In this document: positions 14,196-23,999 of the stretch, one piece after another
Position numbering within the stretch: position 1 is the stretch's first letter
How the letters are laid out: each line of letters starts with the position of its first letter
From: Selaginella moellendorffii
Lineage: Eukaryota > Plantae > Lycopodiophyta
Direction: 5' to 3'
Assembly (NCBI RefSeq): GCF_000143415.4
Contig: NW_003314331.1
Span: 666,114 to 730,113, forward strand
DNA length: 64,000 nucleotides
Translations under genes and position numbers: made by a program
The notes under the pieces: model-generated
Told to the model about the DNA's origin: nothing
Database searches by the model: none
The model's input: only the letters and a program-made list of their open reading frames with translations

Positions 14196-15455
14196 TGTTA
14201 GGATCCTATCCCTTACACCCTAAGCCAACTGGCTAAAGTGGTGATCACTTGATTGCAAGGCCCTTTCTTTATCCTATTATCCTGATCTAGTGCCTAACAA
14301 TCCTCCCCTCATCAGGGAGTGATCATCTGCAATCATAGTTAGGCCACCCTCTGTAAGCAACCAAAGGGAACGACTTGAAAGACGATCCATGGGGTTCAAA
14401 TATAGAGGGAAAGGGCCCATGAACAAGAGTGCACCCCCTTTTCTAATTGGTTAAGGGTCTTGGGATATTTGGGGTTAAGCGTCCTTGGGTTTGAATAGTA
14501 CTGGGCTGGGTGACCTCCCGGGAAGTCCAAACCCAGGAGCTTACATTTGGTATCGGAGCGGTCTCGGGTCTGACTCTGTTGGTTGGCTTAGGGGAATCGC
14601 ACGGGAATCGCACCACGTGTTGATTGACATCTGGCTGGTCCAGTTTGCTCCTGCTGGGCTCGACCCGAGGGGTAGGGTGTCAAGAGAGCAGGGCTCTCGG
14701 GAGAGCTGCGGCTCTCAACTTCTGTTCACGAGGGCGTGAACTTGCAGGGAAGCATGGTGGATTGTAAGCAACCAAAGGGAACGATTCGAAAGACGATCCA
14801 TGGGGTTCAAATATAGAGGGAAAGGGCTCATGAACAAGAGTGCACCCCCTTTTCCAATTGGTTAAGGGTCTTGGGATATTTGGGGTTAAGCGTCCTTGGG
14901 TTTGAATAGTACTGAGCTGGGTGACCTCCCGGGAAGTCCAAACCCAGGAGCTTACACCCTCCCCTCGTCAGGGAATGATCGTCTGCAATCATAGTTAGGC
15001 CACCCTCCGGTCACCATGGTCCTTCTTTTAGGGTCTACCAAACCTTGGTTCTCCCCCTAGATTCACCATGTTGAATATTCCTTCAGAATATTCTTGCCCC
15101 ACTCGTCAGCCATGAGAATCAAACTAGGCTCCAATACCAATAGTAGGATCCTATCCCTTACACCCTAAGCCAACTGGCTAAAAGGGTGATCACTTGATTG
15201 CAGAGACCTTTCTTTATCCTATTATCCTGACCTAGTGCTTAACAATCCTATCTTTCAAAGATGTCAATGTCCTCATTGACTATTGACTAACAACCCCTAT
15301 TGAGCCAAGGGGAACCAACACTTCCATTTCCACACTAGGCTCCAATACCAATAGTAGGATCCTATCCCTTACACCCTAAGCCAACTGGCTAAAAGGGTGA
15401 TCACTTAATTGCAGAGACCTTTCTTTATCCTATTATCCTGACCTAGTGCTTAACA
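14196..15455 (-). mobile_element. TRIM family C (three 104-bp LTRs) nested in family B
   Basis: LTRs at 14196-14299, 15141-15244 and 15352-15455. Minus-strand PBS TGGTATTGGAGCC and purine tract GAGGGGAGGAT. Confidence 0.8.
14352..14956 (+). mobile_element. Intact 605-bp Cassandra-type TRIM with 5S rRNA-derived segment in both LTRs
   Basis: 194-bp LTRs at 14352-14545 and 14763-14956, differing by about 5 transitions. PBS TGGTATCGGAGC (tRNA-iMet type), purine-rich tract before the 3' LTR, TSD CCCTC. The LTR contains GTTAAGCGTCCTTGGGTTTGAATAGTACTGGGCTGGGTGACCTCCCGGGAAGTCC, matching the plant 5S rRNA internal control region. Confidence 0.92.
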
Positions 15456-15601
15456 ATCCTATTTTTCAAAGATGTCAATGTCCTCATTGACTATTGACTA
15501 ACAACCCCTACTGAGCCAAGGGGAACTAGCACCTCCATTTCCGCACTCAATCTATCAATCCTTCCATTGTGTAGATTAGCTATTCCATGTGAGATAACTA
15601 A

Positions 15602-15644
15602 TCATCCACCCGTACCGTAGTCATCATCCACCCGTACCGTAGTC
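15602..15644. repeat. Tandem duplication of ~22 bp (TCATCCACCCGTACCGTAGTC) inside the TRIM B internal region
   Basis: Two adjacent copies seen directly. Confidence 0.85.
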
Positions 15645-17329
15645 CCATGGTGGATAGATACTCCACACAAGAGGAAGGACGTACGCATGGATGCCCAATA
15701 CGTACGATTTCAAATTTAGGGGTAGGAATATATCTTGCTCAAGGGTATATTATACTTTTAAGTAGCCACTAATAAATGGGAATCAAACCCGTGCCATTTG
15801 CTCCGATACCAACTGTAGCGCACCTTATCTCTCTCCCCTTAAGCCAACTGGAAAAAGGGCAATTGCTTGATGAGAGAGCCCTTAGTGGCTATTTTATCCC
15901 CATTTATCCCCCAAGGTTCCAAGGATCCATGGTGACAGTATATCCAAATCTCATCCCATAATCACATGCGCTACAACATGGATGTCCAATACATATGATT
16001 TCAAATTTAGGGGTAGGAATATACCTTGCTCAAGGGTATATTATATTTTTAAGTAGCCATTAATCAATGGGAATTGAACTTGTGCCATTTTCTCTGATAC
16101 CAACTGTAGCGTACCCTATCTCTCTCCCCTTAAGCTAACTGGAAAAGAGGCAATTGTTTGATGAGAGAGCCCTTAGTGGCTATTTTATCCCTATTTATCC
16201 CCCAAGGTTCTAAGGATCCACGATGACAGTATATCCAAATTTCATCCCATAATCACATGTGCTACAAACATCCTTGGGTTTGAATAATACTAGGCTGGGT
16301 GACCTCTTGGGAAGTTCAAATTTAGAAACTTATAAATAGTTCTTTCAAATTTACAAGTGCCCTTTTGCAATCTTTAAACTAAATAAAAAATGATGTTAAT
16401 AACTTCAGTAATGCTTACAACTGTGCAGTATGATCAGAAAGATAATCAATAAAATGACTGAAATATTACACCTTATCTAGAAAGTATTGCACATCATTTA
16501 TACACTTTGGAGTATAGAACTTTATAACAACCACAAGTTTGTTATGATCAACTTTCAAATCTTCACAAAAAATATAGTATCTAAAATAAGTTATATCTTT
16601 AAACCCAAACACGCACTTTGACCTCTTTAGTTTCAAACTAAATTCCCACAACTTATTTAACACCTTGTAAACATCACAAATGTGCTCTTTTTACATCCCT
16701 TATGAGTGGATTAAGATATTATTGATGAAGTCACCAATCACTTTTAACATATTGTAAAGAATCTTATTTGCTAGAAAATTGCTAAAACATTGTTCAAATT
16801 GAATAACATCACCATGAACTTGTATAAATCAAATAGTACAAAAAACAATTTTAGGAACATCCTCTTTAGCCATTAGCATTTGCTAACATCTAAAATCAAA
16901 ATTTAATTTGATGAACCAATTATTTCTCTAAAAACAGTCTAAAGTGTGAGGAAGAAGGGATATATTCAAGATAATCACATTGTTTAACTGACAATAGTTG
17001 ATGTAAAATCAAATACTCCCTAGGCTTTATCATAAAATAATGTTCATATATTCTGAGACTTTTCAATAATACCTTTTTCTAATATCTTTTTGACATTTGC
17101 ATATATAATCTTTATCTCTTTTAATAATTGATGCTAAATAGGAACCTTGATTGGACAAGCAATTATAATGTTGCTTAATTGATAATCAAGCCATTGTGAT
17201 TTTTATATAATATTCTAGTGATTGTGAGCAATGTGTTTACGAAATTACTTACATAAATGATAATTAACCCCAAAGTGGTTAATAATGATCTTGCAAAAAG
17301 CATCTATGCCAATGATAAAAGCACAGTAT

Positions 17330-18533
17330 ACTATAAGCTTGTCTTCTTCAAAGCCATCTCAAAAGAAGATGTCATCACAGATGATATCAGAGTACTAGGA
17401 ACCACACCTTCTTGACCACATGCATGAGCCTGGCAGTCAAGAATGATCTTGCCTAGCCATGGCTCCACTCTAACCTTGGCCAGTTTTAATCCGAAGTTCA
17501 TGAGCCTCCAGTTCTTCACTTCATCATCCTTAGCTATGGCTTCCAACCACTACAAACTCATCATTGCGTGACTGATAGCACTGATGCTGGGAGGCTCCAC
17601 AAAGATGAAGTTTTCCACATTAGTGCCAGAAGCTTGAGAACTACTATCCCCATGTGCAAACGGGAAATTTCAGAAGTCCCCAGCAGCAGACACTAGAACT
17701 AGTGTGCCCTGCATGACCAGCCTTTTGAGTGGTAGAGCTTTAACTGATTGCCATAAGCTCCAGAGTTATCATCCCAGTCTGTGGATCAAAGATGGCTTGC
17801 TTTGACAATCCTAGATCCACCACGTACCTAGTAGCTGAGAAAGTGAGTATCAACTACATGGTTCAAGGAAGATCATCATAATCGTTAAAGATGTCTCAGT
17901 GATATTTGTTGCAAAGACTATCTTTCTTGTACCAGCTGATGCTGCCTCGAATACCAGTTGCTGATCCTCTTGACGAAGCCTTCCATGAAACAAGCGCGCA
18001 TGGCATATCCGTCTGGGATGTGAAAAAAAGCTATATCTCCATCCTCAACGTCCCTATGGAGCTCACAAACTCTTTCCATTGTCCTTGTTACATGGTTGTC
18101 GATGTTGGCATTCCTGCGCAGATCTCAACTGGGTACTTCCTTCCAGGAACGACAAGTGTTCGATGCAAAAGTAGTCGCTGAAAAGTTCTGCATTGGCTGT
18201 AGCTGGCATGATGATGAGTCTCAAGTCCGACCATGCACGCATACATTCCTTCAGTACTGCTAGGAGTAAATCGATGCTCAGGCTTCGCTCGTGTGCTTCA
18301 TCCACCACAATGCAGCTGAACCAGTTGAGATTTCTAGTCGAGAGATAAAGTTGAAGCAGTACGTGATCCATGGTGTAGACCATTTTGGCAAGGTCCTGTT
18401 GATCCCTGTATAACAAGGTGCCAATGGAATTTATCTTCTCGTAACAGCCGTGGCATTCTTTGGCAACCCGTCGAGTAAGAGCAAAAGCTGCTACTTTCCT
18501 TGGCTGTGTACAAAGGATGGACTTGAGAAACAA
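17330..18533 (-). pseudogene. DEAH11/12-like helicase fragment (duplicate of 4890-6135)
   Basis: CTQPRKVAA, DEAHERSL and LKLAKVRVEPWLGKIIL motifs; frameshifts. Confidence 0.8.
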
Positions 18534-18809
18534 CCATCACATAAATATTGAACGAGTTGAGTGCTCTTCCCAGACTAATCAACACAGTAACCTATAGATT
18601 AATGCAAAGAAACTAGATGATAAAAACTTCTGGAGGTTCAGGCCAGAAATCATGCGGGGACGATCGCTTCCACCTAAAACCCTGGGAGAAAAACGTTTGA
18701 GCGGGAACACGCCAAAAACAGTAACCTTTATAGCTCTCTAGTGTCACCCCGATGGTTTAATCTCCAAGGTCTAGATGCCTTTCCACTCCTATCTATTTTT
18801 ACTTTATTT

Positions 18810-19767
18810 TCATTCATTCATTCGTATACTGTTTAGCAGAGAAGCATACTCAAACTCATCCAGTTCTCCTTTGCTCTTCAATTCTTCAATCAATGCTTCA
18901 TCTGCAGCTGCATACCGGTTATACCCTGGAGGCATTTCTTCCTTGGATTTGTATAACTCGAAGCCTAGGCCTGCGTTGAGAAATCCATCGAGTCCCTGAA
19001 AAGCTTCCCAGATTTGAGATGCAAGAGGGCGGGGTGGCTCAGGCACAATGAAGATTCCCAAGGCTGGATGTTTTTTGCAGATCCGTTTGAGGTTTTCGTA
19101 TTCAATCCGTTGGACGCAGAAACGAGGATGGTATTGCGGGAAGTCTGCTACCTGAACGATATAACCCACCTGAAAACGTACACAAATAAACATACAAAGA
19201 AACAGAGAATAGAAACTGATACAAACTCCAAGATGAATTCTCTTCATTGGTCCAGTGTAAGTCCTCTCTGCCCAGTCCTCATTTCGCAGGGGATCTCTTG
19301 AACAGTGATAAGTATCGTGTCCCTTCGCTAGGCAGAGGTAGCATTTCTTTTGTTCATGAGCAAAAGGATCCACTCCAGGCTAAAACAAAAAAAAAACAAA
19401 AAACAAAGAGTCAAAAATTCAATAAGTGAGCTTTCTTACCCCCTTGCAGTGTCTTTCCCAATGACCTCTCTGCTTACATCTTCTGCATTGGTCGACGAGT
19501 AATCCCTCCTTCTCACCGGGACGATGAGTTCCTATGATCTCGTACCTGTTACAAACAAAAGCAAGTAAACATCAAACCATATAACCTTGCTTACCTTGCT
19601 TGCATACGATCGTAATCGTCCTCGATTGCAAAAATGTCCACCTCCTTCGGCTTTTCCTTTGTGAACTTCCTGTTGCTGCTGCCGCCGTCGTAAGCCTTCT
19701 TGTGCTGCCCGTTGCTGCTGTTGCCGTCATAAGCCTTCTTGTACTGCCCGTTGCTGTAAGCCTTCAT
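18810..19767 (-). CDS. Two-zinc-knuckle protein (copy 2)
   Basis: Same exon structure as 6428-7374 with a few substitutions; frames remain open. Confidence 0.6.
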
Positions 19768-20222
19768 TTTCGGAAAGAAAATGTCCAGAACCAACAGGGA
19801 GCTATAAGAGTCCGTTCTTGTCCTGCGGTATTGAAAACCAGCTTTAATTCATCATGTGTATCGAGGATCCCTTACCTGGACAATACTATCAAAGATAGCC
19901 TTGAGGAGAGCTTTGGAACGCGATGTAGGTACCAGATCGGCAAGAATTCCTGTAGCAGCCTGCTGCATTGAAAAGATACGATGGAAGACCGTATCACGGA
20001 GGGCCTTGAGGAGCGATGTAGCTCCGTGCAACACGATCACAGGCGACGGCAATCGGAGACGAGATTCTGGCGATTACTCACTCTTAGCTAATGTGGACCG
20101 CCAAACCCTAAACTTTATACCAAGTATATTTTTAAGTATCGACAGTGTAAAATCAAACGAACGGCCACTGCTGTTCCCGCTGCTGTGGAACGAAAACTAG
20201 TTAAGTCAGTTATATGTTATTC

Positions 20223-22567
20223 TTATAAAGGTGGTGGATGTCTAATGTTACTGGCTTGCTCTAGAGCGTATGCTATCTCGATAAGAACACCCTCGGAGCC
20301 TTTGTTTCCCAGGAAGCAAATCCCAAATGGAAAACCGGTGGGAGGAGCGTAGCCTGCGGGGATCGAAATGGCAGGATATCCGGCGATGGCTGCTGTGAGC
20401 GAGATTGCCGACACCGCAGTTGGAGCCACCAGCGCGTGGAGATCGTGCGTCTGGAGCAAGTAATCGATCCCATTCTCCGTGAGGAACTTGTTCCTTGCGA
20501 GAGCATCTTTGTATGCTTGCGACTGTTGATCCTCTTGCCGAGCTTGAGCTTCGATGAATACATCTTGGCCAAAACGATCTAGTTTCTGCACAGTTTTGTG
20601 TAAATTTTAGAGTTTTTTCAGCGGTTCCTACCTCGTCTGTGTGTTCCTCGTTGAATCTAATCACGTCCTCGAGGCTGCGAACTTTGCTTGTGGTGAGCTC
20701 GGACAGATACTTCTGAAGATCATGCTTGAAATCGATTTGTAGCACCAGATCCTCGTTCTTTGTGCTCACGATCTCTTCAGCGTTAGGCAGCTCCAGATCC
20801 TTGACAATCACTGCTCCTCTAGCTCTGTCCCAAAGAAAGAAAAGAAAAAAAGAGCAAAGATTTCAAAGCATGAACGAGGATACTTAAAACCCAGTCACTC
20901 ACATTGCCAGAGAAAAGAGTTTCTCCATATCACCAGAAATCTCGTCGATGACAAAGTATTTTCCAGCAAGCACGCCCAGCCTCTTCCCGCGAAGACCATC
21001 CCTTTTCAGAAACTGCTTGTATCCTCCTCTGGGAATGTATGCAGCCGCGGCAGTAGTAGCACTGTCGAGATCATCTACACCAACGATCACGTCAAGAACT
21101 TCGACCGCATCTTTCATGGTTCTGCAAATCGGCCTGCGATAATCCAAGCGTTAAAAGCTGTAAGCTTTCGTGATCATAACTTCTTGATTACCCGACTGAG
21201 TCCATATTATGCGAGAGCGGGATCACTCCCGCTCGGCTCGTGAGTCCAACCGTGGGCTTGATCCCGACGACTGCAGCAAAACTGGCCGGGTTGATTATCG
21301 ATCCATCGGTCTCCGTCCCGAGAGTGACTGTAGCCATGTTTGCAGAAACTCCGACTGCGGAGCCGCTGCTGGAACCGAAAGTTGTTTGGACTGGATCATA
21401 TGGATTCTGTTTTCAACAACAATCGCAAGATCAGAAATGAAAAAAAGAATCAGCTTATACATACCATGGTTTGTCCACCACGGGGACTCCACCCATGCGG
21501 AGCTTCTGTAGATCTGAAATACATCCACTCGCTAAGGTTGGCTTTGCCGAAGATGATCGCACCGGCGTCACGTAACTTCTTCACAACGCCAGCGTCTCTT
21601 GGAACAATGGAATCGACCAGAGCCAGAGATCCAGCCGTGGTCTGGAGCTTGTCCTTCGTGGCGATATTGTCCTTGAGAAGAATTGGAATGCCGCGCAAGC
21701 CTACGACAGAACAGAAAAAAAACACACAGAAAAATATCACAAAATTATATAAACTGAAATGCAAACCTTTGCAACTCTCGGCTCCGTGTTGTTTCCTGTA
21801 AGTATCGGCTTCATTGGCGAGCTCCAATGCGTCGGGAGACACCTCGATCACGGCTTTGAGCTGGGGATTCAGCCGCGTGATCCGAGCAATGTAAAACTCC
21901 ACCAGCTGTTTTGATGTTAGAGTTCCTGCTTTCAGTGCTTCTTGAATGTCTTCCACAGTGGCTTCTTCGATTGGGAATTGTGGAGTTGGAACAATACCGT
22001 CGGGCTCAAAGCTTCCAACCATTGTAAGCAGCACACGATCTTCACCATCTTTTCCTTGGATCTTTTGCAAGTCACACTTGAAGTCACCTTCTAGCATGCT
22101 GTACATTTGCGGAAGCCATCAAATATCAATCACACACTTCTTTGAAGCGAGCACTTACACTCTGGTCCCAAACTCCTCCTGGATAATGGCCCTCAAAGTT
22201 TCAGCATAATGCACAATAACCTCTCGAAACCTTCGGAAAAACAGAGATAAGAAACAGAAAGGAAAATGTTTTCGGAAGTGAAAACCATGTACCTGTAGAT
22301 TGTTGGGTCTTGAATGATCCCAGGAGCCAGTGAGCGAAATGGGATGACTTCCATGGCCCGAATGAGCTCGTCAGAGAGTGTAGGAACCGCCATTTGCAAA
22401 CGCTGGGCTTGCGCTCTACAAAGCGGTGCCTGGCGGTGAAACAATTGAGCAGCATATAAATTCGTGACACCCATCTCTTGGGCAATCTGGTTGAAGCTCT
22501 TCCCTGCATTTTGCTTGGCTTCCAGAAGCTGCAGCACAAGCTCCTCTTTTCTCACATCTGTAGCCAT
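20223..22567 (-). CDS. Cyanase-like domain fused in frame to an amidase-signature enzyme (8 exons, 638 aa predicted)
   Basis: Exons 22567-22293, 22230-22159, 22098-21767, 21700-21465, 21406-21192, 21133-20903, 20824-20632 and 20585-20223, all GT-AG and phase-consistent (1917 nt). The N-terminus aligns by eye to plant cyanase (GKSFNQIA.E.G.TNLY.AQL..RQA; DPTIYRF.E; EEFG; DF.C...KI.G.DG.DRV). The amidase motifs LLKDNI, GKANLSEW, GSSSGSA, GTETDGSI and GIKPTVG are intact. Confidence 0.88.
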
Positions 22568-22738
22568 AGCCCCTAAGTATTGAGTGTCTAGGGCTCGTCA
22601 AGTTATCCAGGGAGTAGTATATAAGATAGTTTAGGACAAATACCCTGGTTAAAAACTTTAATCATAAAAGGCTAAATTACAAACTACTAAATTAATAAAG
22701 GGTAAAGGACTTATGTCTTGAAAAATGACAGACAGAGC

Positions 22739-23609
22739 TTAATCCTCAGCTTCGGTAAACTGAGCTTCTATGTAGATCGACTCAGTGTTCTCTTCTCCTT
22801 TCTCAATCATGGAAACCTTAAATTGAGCTAAATGCTCATCACCTGCAGCAAAACAGTATATGCATAAGATAAAAATTACTATTTAGTATCATCATGTACC
22901 AAATGTGATTGAGCTGCCTGGGGGAACCGGAGTGACAGCTCCAGGTCTCACTCTCCTGTTATTAACGAAGGTCCCGTTGGTACTGTCTAAATCAGTTACC
23001 ATAAGCATCGAATCTCTCTTCTCAAGCCGGGCATGTAATCCAGAAACTAAAACAAAATTGAGACGAAGAAATTACACAATATGAGAAACAATTACCTGTT
23101 CCAACTGGAATTACAATGTCTGCCTTGTCAGCCACACGTCCCACCGTGGCAGCATCCTATTAGCAAGATCAAACTCTAGATTATCAATCTAAAGTAGACC
23201 TCATCAAATAAAAAAAGTAGAGAGGTCATGGTTTTTAACTTACAGTAGAGAGCTCAAATGCACTTGGCAGAGGAACTTCTTCGCCTATGTGGCGGCAATC
23301 ACCATCTCCTACACCCATTAAAATCTCATCAAAGAAAAGAAGAAGAAAGTCATGAGAAACACTGCTATTCTTCACACCTATGGGCTCGAGAAGCCATTTC
23401 GTGTCCACAGCAGCGGCAGCCAAAAGCCTCGCAAAACTGGAGCTTCGTTGCCAAATCCGCGTTTCCCTAGAATGTGTTTGCACCAAATTTACATTCAATC
23501 CAATCGCTCCACCTCCACAGTGATTCCAAAGCGCGCGCGAGGAAGGCCACGACGAGGGCGCCACTGGCGGCCACGCCCGTGCATTTAGCTGCTGCATCAA
23601 AGCCGGCAT
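22739..23609 (-). CDS. FHA-domain protein with probable plastid transit peptide
   Basis: Spliced WLLEPIG/DGDCRHIG, TVGRVADKADIVIP, VSGLHARLE, VTDLDSTNGTF and GDEHLA, typical of the plant small FHA protein family. Confidence 0.85.
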
Positions 23610-23999
23610 TGTTCCAATCTACAGATTTTCACCTTATCTTCAGGCATCAAATACACGCCTACATGGCAAAACACGTGGCAGATATAGAATCCGAGCGTCG
23701 ACCGGAGGTTATCACTGAGCTGTGGAGGTCACAAAGCGGCTCATAAGCTGTCCTCTGTAGAGGGCTCCCGTTTTCCTGCTTAGATGCGAGCAAACTTAAG
23801 AAGCCATAGAACTAAAGTTTAAGATTATAGTCTGAACGTTGCGACAGCATTTATGTCTATGTTGGTCACTCTCTGGTGAAAGTAGAGATCTGTTAGTATG
23901 AGAAGCACATAGCTTGATGTGCAGGAAAACAAAGCGTCAAATCAAATCACAGTAAGAACTAGCTAGACCGGAGATCCTGACCGGGAAGAATTCGCAGGT

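Larger units (their letters stand above)
13972..16266 (-). mobile_element. Tandem-array TRIM family B (three 162-bp LTRs)
   Basis: LTRs TGTAGCG...GCTACA at 13972-14133, 15814-15975 and 16105-16266. Minus-strand PBS TGGTATC(G/A)GAG, purine tract GAGGGGGTGAG, exact 5-bp TSD AACAT. No coding region. Confidence 0.85.
13718..16334 (+). mobile_element. Older, internally deleted Cassandra-type TRIM (outer shell of the nest)
   Basis: LTR TGTAAG...TTACA at 13718-13913, then a PBS start (TGGTAT). The split second LTR lies at ~13922-13971 + 16272-16334. Flanks are AATAA / AATAG, and the empty site ATCAATAGCTC is present in copy A near 3880. Confidence 0.8.
11160..17290 (-). mobile_element. Decayed Ty3/Gypsy pol, second copy, interrupted at 13718-16334
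   Basis: ORF 16466-16663 (LKLKRSKCVFGFKDITYF...KVDHNKL...INDVQYFL) is the RT C-terminus. Integrase remnants lie at ~12300-12900. Internal duplication ~13205-13445 / 13448-13630. Confidence 0.75.
11067..19805. repeat. Segmental duplication, copy B; carries the nested TRIM insertion absent from copy A
   Basis: Colinear with 1486-7412, with indels. Confidence 0.9.

Noticed and set aside
14474-14528. 5S rRNA gene
   Set aside because: Only the ~55-bp internal promoter part is present, embedded in LTRs; no 5' half or terminator.
13718-16334. CRISPR-like or satellite array
   Set aside because: The repeats are 104-194 bp TG...CA LTRs with PBS, purine tracts and TSDs, in eukaryotic DNA.
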